A DNA stretch of 32,000 nt from Candidatus Jordarchaeales archaeon (GCA_038858525.1 JAWCFL010000014.1:1-32000), one strand, 5' to 3'. Positions 1-9,015 are shown, counted from the first letter of the stretch. Program-made: numbers and translations. The notes: generated by a model from the letters alone, not told the origin.

Positions 1-1
1 C

Positions 2-601
2 GTGAACAAGCTTTGGGAAGAAGTTAAGTCGCTCAGAGAAGGGCAGAACAGGCTGTGGGATGAGGTTAGGAGTCTCAGGGAGGGACAAGAGAAGTTGTGG
101 GAGGAGGTTAGGAGTCTCAGAGAAGGGCAGAACAAGTTGTGGGAGGAGGTTAGGAGTCTCAGAGAAGGGCAGAACAAGTTGTGGGAGGAGGTTAGGAGTC
201 TCAGGGAGGACTTTAGTGTTATGAATAGGAAGTTGGATGCTTTGGGTGCGAGATGGGGGATTATGGCTGAAGAGTGCTTCAGGGAGAGCTTGAGAGGGAT
301 ACTGGAGAAGGAGTTCGGCTTCAGGGTGGAGAGGTGGATTCGCACTGACCATGAAGGATACGTTTTCGGTTATAAGGAGCAAGTTGAAATAGACCTGGCG
401 ATTTCGGATGGAAAAGTTATACTTGTTGAGGTCACATCGCATGCTAAAATTTCGGATGTTTTTCTTGTGAAGAGGAAAGCCGAATTTTACAGTAAAGTCG
501 AGGGTAGGAAAGTCGACCGATTGATAATAGTTTCCCCTTATGCTGACGATAAGGCAAAAACGGCCTGCATAACACATGGGGTAGAACTATACACAGTGTA
601 A
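2..601 (+). CDS. Coiled-coil repeat protein with C-terminal PD-(D/E)XK-like domain (DUF3782-type), probably 5'-truncated by the window edge
   Basis: The N-terminus has tandem NKLWEEVRSLREGQ repeats, followed by LGARWG...E..FRE and EIDLAISDGKVILVEVTS (D...ExK-like, K replaced by T). The frame is open to the window edge. Confidence 0.75.
   Translation: MNKLWEEVKSLREGQNRLWDEVRSLREGQEKLWEEVRSLREGQNKLWEEVRSLREGQNKLWEEVRSLREDFSVMNRKLDALGARWGIMAEECFRESLRGILEKEFGFRVERWIRTDHEGYVFGYKEQVEIDLAISDGKVILVEVTSHAKISDVFLVKRKAEFYSKVEGRKVDRLIIVSPYADDKAKTACITHGVELYTV
5..211 (+). repeat. 42-bp intragenic tandem repeat, about 5 copies (14-aa unit)
   Basis: Units start at 5, 47, 89, 131 and 173 with consensus aacaagttgtgggaggaggttaggagtctcagagaagggcag. 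Units 3 and 4 differ at 2 nt; units 4 and 5 are identical for 32 nt. Confidence 0.95.
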
Positions 602-841
602 GCCCCTTTCACATGCTTCCCTTTACTTGTTTTCATGAATTTTTTCGTGAATATTGAGTACGTTTGAAAATCTATGTTGTAGATGATGAAGCGTTGTCCC
701 TCGTGTTTGATTTGTAATGGAGGGTGATGTTTCGATGGTCGCTGAGAAAGGTATATCTTGTTTCTCTAATGGTTCGTCCCTGTTTACCTTTGCTTTCTCC
801 TTTTGGTTGCTATTGTTAATTATGGTGTTGATTATTGGTCT

Positions 842-1510
842 TCATACATCTCTTGTTTGGTGGACTAATTGTTTGAGCTCGTATAGGCTTTCAATGTATG
901 CGTCCGGCTCGGTTTTCAACTTTACGTGCGGGCGTTTAACCACGAAGACCTTTGACCCGGCTCTTTTCCCTACTATGACATCCGCGTCACTGTCTCCGAC
1001 TATGAAGCCTTCTGGGGGGCGGCATCCGAGTGCTCTGAATGCTTCAAGCACGCCGGTCATTTCGGGCTTTGCCTCGCTCTGCCTCTCTGTTCCGAGCGCC
1101 ACTACGACGCTGAAAAACCTCTGAAGGTTGAAGGATTTAACCTCGAGAGAAGTAACTCTAGGGGAAGTATTGGTGACTATGCCTAAGGGAACTTTGAGGC
1201 TGAGCTCCTCGAGAAATGAAACATCCTCGTAAGGGCGTATAACGCCGCGCTCTATCATCTCCTTCCTAGTTCTGTAATCTAGCTCGTCAAATGTCCTCCA
1301 GAAGGTGTATGGGTCTTCCACACCCCAACTCCTCAAAAGCTCCCCATGTCCTTGCCCGCTGATCCATAGTTTCATGCGTTCATGAGCTGGAGGAACCGAA
1401 GCTCCAACCTTTTTTAGGACCATAACTAAGATGTTATCGAAAAAATTAGTTGAAGGAATCCTTACGAGGGTTCCATCTAAGTCAAAAATAATAGCCTTAA
1501 CTGTCCGCAT
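842..1510 (-). CDS. HAD-superfamily IA hydrolase (phosphoglycolate phosphatase-like)
   Basis: All four HAD motifs are present: FDLDGT, VTNT, KP and GDSDAD. The start is 5 bp after the upstream stop. Confidence 0.9.
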   Translation of the reverse strand: MRTVKAIIFDLDGTLVRIPSTNFFDNILVMVLKKVGASVPPAHERMKLWISGQGHGELLRSWGVEDPYTFWRTFDELDYRTRKEMIERGVIRPYEDVSFLEELSLKVPLGIVTNTSPRVTSLEVKSFNLQRFFSVVVALGTERQSEAKPEMTGVLEAFRALGCRPPEGFIVGDSDADVIVGKRAGSKVFVVKRPHVKLKTEPDAYIESLYELKQLVHQTRDV

Positions 1511-1515
1511 AGACG

Positions 1516-2652
1516 CTATGCCTCTCCTGTCACTCTAAGGCGGCTGGCTACAAGGTCAACTAGGTCACAAACCCTGAGTTGAGAATCAAGTCTCTTGGAT
1601 GCCAAATCAAGGTTCGTCCTGCACAATGGGCACACTGTAATCAGGTACTTTGATCCCGTGGCTTCAGCTTCCTTAACCCTCCTCTCGGCGATGCGCACTG
1701 CCAGCTCCGGGTTCAAAGTGAAAAGGCCGCCTCCGCCACCGCAACAATTCGCTTCAGACCTGTTTTTCTCCATCTCTACTAGCTCGACACCAGGAATAAG
1801 TTTGATCAGCTCCCTTGGTGGGTCATAGAAGTTGCAATGTCTCCCGAGGTGGCAAGGGTCATGATAAGTCACTTTAACCGCTTCCCCCTCTCTCAGCTCA
1901 ATTACTCCTTCTTTAGCTAAGTCCCTTATGACTTCCGAGATGTGTTTAACCTTGAATCCGAAGTTTCCGACGAGCTCCGGGTAGGCTTTAGTGAACGTCG
2001 AGTAGCATCCTGCGCAGGGGGTAATCACCGTTGATGCTTCAGTCTTGTCGAAGAGCAACGCGTTTTGCTCCGCTAGTTGCTTCGCCAGCTCTGTTTGGCC
2101 ATCCCAGTATGGGTGCATTCCGCAGCACACTTCATCCTTCAGCAGCGTGAAATCATATCCTGCAGCTTTGAGCATTGAGACTGCTTTCTTTACTGTTTCC
2201 TGATGCCTAAAGGCGTTAACGCATCCAACAAACAGCACGCCATCACTTTTCTCAGGCAGAGTAACGTCTAGCCATTGAAACCTTGCCTCCTGAGGGGAGG
2301 CATACGGATTTTTGTCTCTTGCTATCCTCATGTCCATCCTCTTGTTCGGTGGTGGAGGAGCAACGCCAGCCCTGGAGAAAGCCCTTCTGGCGCCGAGCAT
2401 GACTTCCAGCGGGGATATTCCAGCGTCGCAGTTAAAGTTACACATAGCGCACGAAGTGCACTCGTAAACCTTCTCGATGACTTTCTGTGTCGGCTCAAGC
2501 AATCCGTAAACAATCCCCCTAAGGAGGATCATCCTCCCCCTTGGCCCCTCAGACTCCCACTTTGTAACGCTGTAAACCGGGCACTTTATCCTGCACCAGG
2601 CGCAAATGTTGCACATCGCAATCTGCGTCTTGAACTTTTCCAGCTCCTCCAT
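1516..2652 (-). CDS. HdrD/GlcF-like Fe-S protein (two 4Fe-4S motifs plus two CCG domains)
   Basis: Ferredoxin motifs CNICAWCRIKCP and CTSCAMCNFNC; CCG modules GC..CCG..PCAGC and HDPCHLGR..CCGGG..VCPLC. Confidence 0.9.
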   Translation of the reverse strand: MEELEKFKTQIAMCNICAWCRIKCPVYSVTKWESEGPRGRMILLRGIVYGLLEPTQKVIEKVYECTSCAMCNFNCDAGISPLEVMLGARRAFSRAGVAPPPPNKRMDMRIARDKNPYASPQEARFQWLDVTLPEKSDGVLFVGCVNAFRHQETVKKAVSMLKAAGYDFTLLKDEVCCGMHPYWDGQTELAKQLAEQNALLFDKTEASTVITPCAGCYSTFTKAYPELVGNFGFKVKHISEVIRDLAKEGVIELREGEAVKVTYHDPCHLGRHCNFYDPPRELIKLIPGVELVEMEKNRSEANCCGGGGGLFTLNPELAVRIAERRVKEAEATGSKYLITVCPLCRTNLDLASKRLDSQLRVCDLVDLVASRLRVTGEA

Positions 2653-2653
2653 T

Positions 2654-4096
2654 TTAGGCCACCACCCTCGTCGGCATATAGACGAACTCGTCTCTCGGAA
2701 CCTCGATGAGCCCCATGACTCCGGGGTTCATTATGCCATGTGGGTCGAACACTTTCTTTATGGCTCGCATATATTTTATAGTGTCGCCATGTTCAAGCTC
2801 CACCAGGCTTGCCTTGGTCACACCGAGTCCGTGTTCAGCTGACAGCGTTCCGCCATACTTCTTGACCACGATCTCTGCGAGTCTTCTAGCGAACTCCGCT
2901 CCGGCTCTTCTATCCTCTTCCTTCCAGGGATTTATCGCTGTTCCAAGATGGATGTTCCCGTCACCTATGTGTCCGAATATCACCATTAGTCTACCTTGGC
3001 TTTGCGCCGTCGCCTTCAGCTCCCGGACGGCCTCGGGTATTCTCCCTATAGGGACTGCGAAGTCCTGTATGTTGTTTAGAGGTATGTTTTCCCCTCTCAG
3101 CTTGGCTAGCATGTTGGCGAGCGTATGGCGTAGCCTCATCAGCTCCTCAATTCTTTCAGCGTCTGTCGTGTATATAACCTTCTGGGCGCCCTTCTCCTCG
3201 CATATCTTCTTAACCATCCTGCTCTCTTCCTCAACGGTCCCCTCACTATAACCATCGTTCTCGATAAAGAGTAGTGCCTCTCCATTCGGTAGCTTCTCCT
3301 CAAGAACGTTGTTTATGATCATTATGCATATGTCGTCGAGAAGCTCCATAGCTGACGGAAGAATTCCTCTCCTCATGATCTCAACGGTTGCTTCAAGCGC
3401 CTGCTCTAGCTTCTGAAAAACGGGGATGGTTAACCCGTAATAGCGAGGTTTAGGCGTGATCTTTAGTATTACCTCGGTGAAGACGCCCAGCGCCCCCTCA
3501 GACCCAACGAATAGCTTAGTCAAGTTTAACCCTGAAGAAGACTTCCAAACTCTCCCTCCAGTCCTAATAATTCTTCCTCCCGGCAGGACAACTTCTAACC
3601 CAAGCACGTGGTCAACGGTCGCCCCGTACTTCAGGGCCCTAATCCCACTAGCGTTATTAGCAACCATCCCTCCAACCGTGCAGGCTATGGCTGAACCCGG
3701 GTCCGGCGGGAAAACATACCCGAGCTTTCCAAGCTCCCTGTTAAGCTCATCGTAAATCACGCCAGGCTCCACAACAGCAACCCTGTCCTCAAGGTCGATC
3801 TCCTTTATTTTATCCATCTTGCACATGTCTAAGACCACACCTCCCTTAACTGGTACCGCCTGCCCGCTTAAACTCGTCCCAGCCCCCCTAGGAACTATCG
3901 GAACCCTGTTCTCATTCGCCCATCTGAGTATTTCTGCGACCTCTTCTCTGCTTTCTGGTCTCGCGACGGCGGCCGGCATGCTCATCCTCATCGAGGCATC
4001 CATACTGTAAGCGTAAAGGTCTGCGATCTCAACGCTCACATCGTCCTCTCCTACGACGCCCGCCAGAAACCGGTAAATCTCCTCTCGACTTAACAT
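2654..4096 (-). CDS. FAD-linked 2-hydroxyacid oxidoreductase (GlcD / D-lactate dehydrogenase family)
   Basis: Motifs PRGAGTSLSG, PPDPGS, GGMVANNASG, GSEGALG, GHIGDGNIH and AEHGLG. Substrate cannot be determined from sequence. Confidence 0.92.
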   Translation of the reverse strand: MLSREEIYRFLAGVVGEDDVSVEIADLYAYSMDASMRMSMPAAVARPESREEVAEILRWANENRVPIVPRGAGTSLSGQAVPVKGGVVLDMCKMDKIKEIDLEDRVAVVEPGVIYDELNRELGKLGYVFPPDPGSAIACTVGGMVANNASGIRALKYGATVDHVLGLEVVLPGGRIIRTGGRVWKSSSGLNLTKLFVGSEGALGVFTEVILKITPKPRYYGLTIPVFQKLEQALEATVEIMRRGILPSAMELLDDICIMIINNVLEEKLPNGEALLFIENDGYSEGTVEEESRMVKKICEEKGAQKVIYTTDAERIEELMRLRHTLANMLAKLRGENIPLNNIQDFAVPIGRIPEAVRELKATAQSQGRLMVIFGHIGDGNIHLGTAINPWKEEDRRAGAEFARRLAEIVVKKYGGTLSAEHGLGVTKASLVELEHGDTIKYMRAIKKVFDPHGIMNPGVMGLIEVPRDEFVYMPTRVVA

Positions 4097-4211
4097 GCTT
4101 TGAAGCAGCCTCCTAACTCATTTAACGTTTAAACAATAAACGGCGCTTTAAGATATACTTTTCCGGAAATAGCGACCTGAGAAACAGCGCGGAACTCTCC
4201 GCCTTCCTCCG

Positions 4212-4224
4212 TTTATTATATATA
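4212..4224 (+). promoter_or_regulatory. TATA-box-like element upstream of hdrA
   Basis: TTTATTATATATA lies about 55 nt before the GTG start, in the divergent spacer. Confidence 0.5.
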
Positions 4225-4278
4225 CTACCTGGCTTTTCTGTTTGCTTGAGCTGGGAAGCTGAACACGGAGGCAGGTGC

Positions 4279-6237
4279 GTGAAGCCACGTATAGGTGTCT
4301 ATGTTTGCCACTGCGGCACTAACATTGCTGGTGTCGTGAACGTTGAAGAGGTAACTAATTATGCTGCCACCCTTCCGGACGTCGTCGTGGCAAGGGACAT
4401 GATGTATACGTGCTCTGACCCAGGTCAGAACACGATAAAGGAGGACATAGAGAAGCATGGCTTAAACCGTGTTGTCATAGCTGCATGTTCTCCAAAGATG
4501 CACGAGAACACTTTCAGGAAGACGCTCGCGTCAGCCGGACTTAACCCTTACCTCTTGGAGATAGCAAACATAAGGGAGCAGGTTTCATGGGCTCACTTCA
4601 GGGAAAGAGATAAAGCCACCGAGAAGGCGAAGGTGCTCGTTAAAGCCGCTGTAGCTAAAGCGAGACTCCTTGAGCCATTAGAGAAAAAGGAGATGCCGGT
4701 TGAAAGGTCCGTCCTTGTAATAGGCGGCGGAGTGGCAGGCATACAGGCTGCATTGGACTTGGCTGAGGCCGGCCTAAAGGTTTACCTCGTCGAGAAGTCC
4801 CCCAGCATAGGGGGGCACATGGCGCAGCTCAACAAAACCTTCCCAACCATAGATTGCTCCGCATGCATCTTGACCCCGAAAATGGTTGATGTTGCGAACC
4901 ACCCCAACATAACACTACTAGCCTACAGTGAAGTGGTGAAAGTTGAGGGATACGTTGGCAACTTCGAGGCGACAATACTCAGGAAGGCGCGCTACGTGGA
5001 TGAGGACCTTTGCGCTGGGTGCGGTGCCTGCGCGGACGCTTGCCCCAGAAAGGTTCCAAACGAGTTTGATGTTGGCCTCGGCAAGAGAAAAGCGATATAT
5101 GTGCCATTCCCCCAAGCGGTCCCCCTCAAATACACAATAGACCCTGCTAGCTGCCTCTACATGAAGTACGGGCGCTGCAAACTATGCGTTAAAGCGTGCC
5201 CGCGTGGAGCGATAAACTTCGATCAGAAAGACGAGGAAGTAAAAGTGAGGGTTGGCGCCATAATAGTCGCCGTTGGATTCAAAGTGTTTGATGCTAGGAA
5301 AATACCGTCCCTAGGATATGGCAAGTACAAGAACGTTATCACTGGGATAGAGCTTGAAAGGCTGTCGAACGCGTCGGGGCCAACGGGGGGAGTGGTTTTA
5401 ACGGCTTCAGGAGAGAGGCCCAAGAGCGTGGCATTCATACAGTGTGTCGGCTCAAGGGACCTGAATCATAACAGCTGGTGTTGCAGAATAGGGTGCATGG
5501 CCACTCTTAAGCAAGCCTTCCTCATAAAGGAAGAAGACCCGGATGCTGAAGTCTACGTATGCCATATAGACATGAGAACAGCTGGAAAGGGATACGAAGA
5601 GTTCTACAGGAGACTCAGGGAGATGGGTGTACGCTTCATACACGGCGTCCCATCTGAGATATTCGAAGACGCCGATGGGAAGCTCAGGTTCAACGTGTTC
5701 GATCAGACAACCGGACATATGATCGAGCTAAAAGTTGACATGGTCGTGCTCCAGACAGGACTAGAGCCTGCAGAGGACGTCGAGAAGCTTCAGAAGATGC
5801 TGAACGTCTCGTTGAGTCCTGAAGGTTTTTTCTTGGAAGCTCACCCGAAGCTTCAACCGGTTGAGGCAAGCACGCGGGGAATATTCTTTGCGGGATGCTG
5901 CCACAGCCCGAAAGACATAGCCGAAACAGTAGCACACGCGAGCGCCGCTGCGGCCAAAGCTATAACTCTTCTCTCCAAGGGGAAGGTGGACGTCGAACCA
6001 TTAACCGCCTCAGTAAACCCTGAAATCTGCTCGGGATGTGAAGTTTGCACCGGCATATGTCCCTACAGGGCGATACAGCTAATGGAGTACGAGGGGCGAA
6101 GAAGAGCCAAGGTGATCGATGTCCTCTGCCAAGGTTGCGGGGCGTGTGTCGCTGCTTGCCCAAGCAACGCCATCGAAATGAAGGGCTTCACGGAAAAGCA
6201 GATCCTAGCTCAAATAGACGCTCTAACAGGAGGGTGA
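4279..6237 (+). CDS. hdrA: Heterodisulfide reductase subunit A (FAD, Fe-S)
   Basis: Motifs VYVCHCGTNIAG, AACSP, GGGVAG, KTFPTIDCSACIL, four CxxCxxCxxxCP-type ferredoxin motifs and FAGCCHSPKDI. GTG at 4279 follows GGAGG; the track start is TTG 4246. Confidence 0.96.
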   Translation: MKPRIGVYVCHCGTNIAGVVNVEEVTNYAATLPDVVVARDMMYTCSDPGQNTIKEDIEKHGLNRVVIAACSPKMHENTFRKTLASAGLNPYLLEIANIREQVSWAHFRERDKATEKAKVLVKAAVAKARLLEPLEKKEMPVERSVLVIGGGVAGIQAALDLAEAGLKVYLVEKSPSIGGHMAQLNKTFPTIDCSACILTPKMVDVANHPNITLLAYSEVVKVEGYVGNFEATILRKARYVDEDLCAGCGACADACPRKVPNEFDVGLGKRKAIYVPFPQAVPLKYTIDPASCLYMKYGRCKLCVKACPRGAINFDQKDEEVKVRVGAIIVAVGFKVFDARKIPSLGYGKYKNVITGIELERLSNASGPTGGVVLTASGERPKSVAFIQCVGSRDLNHNSWCCRIGCMATLKQAFLIKEEDPDAEVYVCHIDMRTAGKGYEEFYRRLREMGVRFIHGVPSEIFEDADGKLRFNVFDQTTGHMIELKVDMVVLQTGLEPAEDVEKLQKMLNVSLSPEGFFLEAHPKLQPVEASTRGIFFAGCCHSPKDIAETVAHASAAAAKAITLLSKGKVDVEPLTASVNPEICSGCEVCTGICPYRAIQLMEYEGRRRAKVIDVLCQGCGACVAACPSNAIEMKGFTEKQILAQIDALTGG

Positions 6238-6241
6238 GCTG

Positions 6242-6664
6242 GTGGAGTACGAGCCACTCATAGTCGCTTTCCTCTGCAACTGGTGCAGCTACGCAGGAGC
6301 AGACCTTGCAGGGATGAGCAGAATGGAGTACCCCGCAAACATTAGGGTGATAAGGGTCATGTGTAGTAGTAGAGTCGACCCAGCACACGTTCTTTACGCC
6401 CTTAAAAGAGGGGCTGACGGCGTCCTCGTATCAGGCTGCCACCCGGGCGACTGCCATTACATAAACGGCAATCATAGAGCTAAGCGCAGGATTATCCTCC
6501 TGAAGGAGCTACTTAGGCAAATGGGTGTAGAGCCAGAAAGAGTGAAAATTGATTGGGTGTCGGCGTCTGAGGGAGAAAGGTTCACGCGGATAGTCAAAGA
6601 GTTCGTGGAGGAACTTAGAAAGCTGGGCCCAAACCCCCTCAAGGAGGACGCACGGGAGGTGTAA
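6242..6664 (+). CDS. mvhD: MvhD-type 2Fe-2S subunit
   Basis: Motifs FLCNWCSYAGADLAG, RVMCSSRVDP and GCHPGDCHY. All ligands are Cys codons. Confidence 0.95.
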   Translation: MEYEPLIVAFLCNWCSYAGADLAGMSRMEYPANIRVIRVMCSSRVDPAHVLYALKRGADGVLVSGCHPGDCHYINGNHRAKRRIILLKELLRQMGVEPERVKIDWVSASEGERFTRIVKEFVEELRKLGPNPLKEDAREV

Positions 6665-6666
6665 GG

Positions 6667-7173
6667 ATGCTAACGCTTAACGAGACAGACAGGCTCCTAG
6701 AAGAGCTAAGAGAATCCATCGCAACACTCACCCCCTCGGTGTGCTACAGCTGTGCCCGCTGCTCGTCGGGCTGCGTCATGGTCGAGGCGGGCTGCATCCC
6801 CCACAGCATAATCCAGCTATTTAGACTTGGCCTCCTGAAGGAGACCGAAAAAGGACTATGGCCCTGCTGTCAATGCCTTAAATGCGATGCCAGATGCCCA
6901 CAAGATGCTAGACCAGCAATGCTGATCCTCGCTCTGAGAAACCTGCTCGTAGCGCGCGGCCACGCTCCGCCGAAGGGCTACATAGTCATGCTCGAAAACA
7001 TTGTACGCCATGCCACCATACAGCCACCTCAAGAGGTGATGAACAAGGACTTCGACTTCGTCTCGAGAGCTACTCTCGGGCTCCCCGAGCTGGGGAAGCC
7101 GACGAACATGGATGCATTCAGACGGAACCTAAGAAAGATAGCATCGAACCTGTTGGAGGCCGAGGAGAAATGA
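6667..7173 (+). CDS. hdrC: Heterodisulfide reductase subunit C
   Basis: Motifs CYSCARCSSGC and CCQCLKCDARCP. The stop overlaps the hdrB ATG (ATGA at 7170-7173). Confidence 0.85.
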   Translation: MLTLNETDRLLEELRESIATLTPSVCYSCARCSSGCVMVEAGCIPHSIIQLFRLGLLKETEKGLWPCCQCLKCDARCPQDARPAMLILALRNLLVARGHAPPKGYIVMLENIVRHATIQPPQEVMNKDFDFVSRATLGLPELGKPTNMDAFRRNLRKIASNLLEAEEK

Positions 7174-8039
7174 AGTACACCGTGTTTTGGGGATGCATGA
7201 TCGCAACGGTCGAGTATGGATATGAAATTTCAGTGCGCGAGGTTTTCCCCCGTCTAGGCGTGGAGCTCACCGATCTCGGGTGGAACGCTTGCTGCGGCTA
7301 CCCCATAATGCAGGTTAACAATAAAGCTTGGCTCTACCTTGCAAGCCGCATTCTAGCTGAAGCTCAAAGGCTTGGCATCCCTCTCTTCGTTCCATGTAAC
7401 GGATGCCACATCTCCTTGTGTGAAGCACAGCACATTTTAATAAAGCGAGACGAGCTGGCAGCGTGGGTTAACGAGTTACTCAAAGAAGAAGAACTGCGCT
7501 TCAACCCAAGCAAACCCATCAAGGTCCTACACACTATCGAGGTGCTGCATGACGAGATAGGACTGGAAAACCTCAAAAAGGCAGTGGTGAAGCCTCTAAG
7601 CTTCAAGGTAGCATGCCACTACGGTTGCCACATCCTTAGGCCTAGTGACTTTCCCCGCGTCGACGACGCTGAGAATCCGAGCAAGATGGAAGCAATACTT
7701 GAAGCCATAGGAGCCAAGACTAGTGATTATCCTGAACGGCTTGAATGCTGCGGAGCGGGGGCAAACGTTGTTGAGCCAGAGCTCGTCGCTCGCCTCTGCG
7801 GCTGGAAACTTAAAGTGGTGAAGGCTAGAGGTTTCGACGCAATGGTTACATCATGCCCCGCCTGCCAGGCTAACTATGACGCCAAACAAGACGCCATAAG
7901 GCAAATAATGAATGACCCAGATGTTTCGCTTCCCGTCTTCTACCTGACTCAGCTGGTAGGCCTCGCCATGGGAATCGAACCACGCAAGCTCGGCCTAGAC
8001 CTTAACAAGAGCCCTGTCGAATCCCTCATTAACCTCTAA
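7170..8039 (+). CDS. hdrB: Heterodisulfide reductase subunit B
   Basis: Two intact CCG motifs: WGC..ACCG..PCNGC and HYGCHILRP..ECCGAG..SCPACQ. Confidence 0.92.
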   Translation: MKYTVFWGCMIATVEYGYEISVREVFPRLGVELTDLGWNACCGYPIMQVNNKAWLYLASRILAEAQRLGIPLFVPCNGCHISLCEAQHILIKRDELAAWVNELLKEEELRFNPSKPIKVLHTIEVLHDEIGLENLKKAVVKPLSFKVACHYGCHILRPSDFPRVDDAENPSKMEAILEAIGAKTSDYPERLECCGAGANVVEPELVARLCGWKLKVVKARGFDAMVTSCPACQANYDAKQDAIRQIMNDPDVSLPVFYLTQLVGLAMGIEPRKLGLDLNKSPVESLINL

Positions 8040-8078
8040 CCCTAAAAATCTCCACGCTTCCCCTCTTTATTGTAATGC

Positions 8079-8666
8079 TTATCTTTCCTTTTTCAGTGTT
8101 GCCTCCGATACCAGTCCGCTTCTCAAGATGCTTCTTGAGAGTATGCGGGCCACTCTGAGGGGCTCCGGAACTGCGCCTTGAAGCGTGAAGCGGTTTAGGA
8201 GAAGGCGCGCCTTCCTTACAGTCATATTTATGCAGCGTATCAGTATCTGATGCCCTGTGTGAAGTGTGACCCTTTGCCTTTCACCAAGCCGCCTGTAAAC
8301 AGCCAGCCTCTCCTCCCAATCATCAAAGTACTTTCTGAGATAATTCTCTAGTCCCTCTGATTCCTCGTAAGTGACGGCAATCAGCGGCTTAGCGGTCGCG
8401 GCATGGATAACTTCTAAGTCTACTATGTTGAACCAGCTTATGACGCAGCCATTCAGCATTATGACGTTGATGTCTTTTCTCTTCAAGTTCTCGTAAAGCC
8501 TGAGTATACTTTGCGTCGCGTCCATCCCTCCGACGGTGGCTGTGGCGAAGGAGAAGCCATCGATCTGCAGGTCTCCTCTCATAACTACGCCAGAAATTAC
8601 GGAGCACTTGGCACCTTTAATGAAACTCTCCGCAACCCCCAAAACCCTCACGCCACGCTTAATCAA
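8079..8666 (-). CDS. DUF99 / UPF0215 protein (endonuclease V-like fold)
   Basis: Motifs RVLGVAESF, GVVMRGDLQIDG, VGGMDAT, GCVISWFNIVD and VPEPLRVA. TTG start follows GGAGG. Confidence 0.85.
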   Translation of the reverse strand: MIKRGVRVLGVAESFIKGAKCSVISGVVMRGDLQIDGFSFATATVGGMDATQSILRLYENLKRKDINVIMLNGCVISWFNIVDLEVIHAATAKPLIAVTYEESEGLENYLRKYFDDWEERLAVYRRLGERQRVTLHTGHQILIRCINMTVRKARLLLNRFTLQGAVPEPLRVARILSRSILRSGLVSEATLKKER

Positions 8667-8688
8667 GCATCTGCCTCCAAGCTAGAAG

Positions 8689-9015
8689 CTAGAGCAACTT
8701 GGTTAGCGCCTCACGGACACGCCACCCCGCTCTGAAAGCCTCCTCAAACTTCCCCGACCGGTAAGCCTCAGCTGTAAAATTTAACTCCTCTATAATTTTC
8801 TCTATGAACTCAGGGCTCAGGTCAACTTTATCCTTAACCCTTGGGGTGGCGATCTCTTCCAATCCGTGTTTAAGCGAAAGCTTAGCTAAGAAAACCTCCA
8901 ACTTAGCGCGGGCAAACCAGAGTTCCACTTCCCCACTTCCTCCGTTTTCAAGCGCCTCTTTAGCTCTGAGAAGTTGCTGAAGAGCATCTTCAAGCTCGTC
9001 CAACGCAACCACCAA
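8689..9015 (-). CDS. Small all-helical hypothetical protein
   Basis: 108-aa amphipathic-helix sequence ending 22 bp upstream of the DUF99 start, with no competing long ORF. Confidence 0.7.
   Translation of the reverse strand: MVVALDELEDALQQLLRAKEALENGGSGEVELWFARAKLEVFLAKLSLKHGLEEIATPRVKDKVDLSPEFIEKIIEELNFTAEAYRSGKFEEAFRAGWRVREALTKLL

Noticed and set aside
5-211. Tandem repeats as a CRISPR array
   Set aside because: No unique spacers, the period is a multiple of 3, and the repeat is in frame within a CDS.
622-844. The reading frame stays open for 73 codons after the HAD TGA stop (possible Sec/readthrough)
   Set aside because: The HAD domain is already complete, the extension (RPIINTIINNSNQ...) resembles no protein, this strand is T-poor so stops are rare, and no SECIS is evident.
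4160-4169. 10-bp palindrome TTTCCGGAAA in the glcD/hdrA spacer
   Set aside because: A single short palindrome; TTCCGGAA also occurs inside a coding region (around 26380), so there is no support for an operator.
4279-8039. Selenocysteine in HdrA or MvhD
   Set aside because: No in-frame TGA; the positions that can be Sec in other archaea are Cys or Ala codons.
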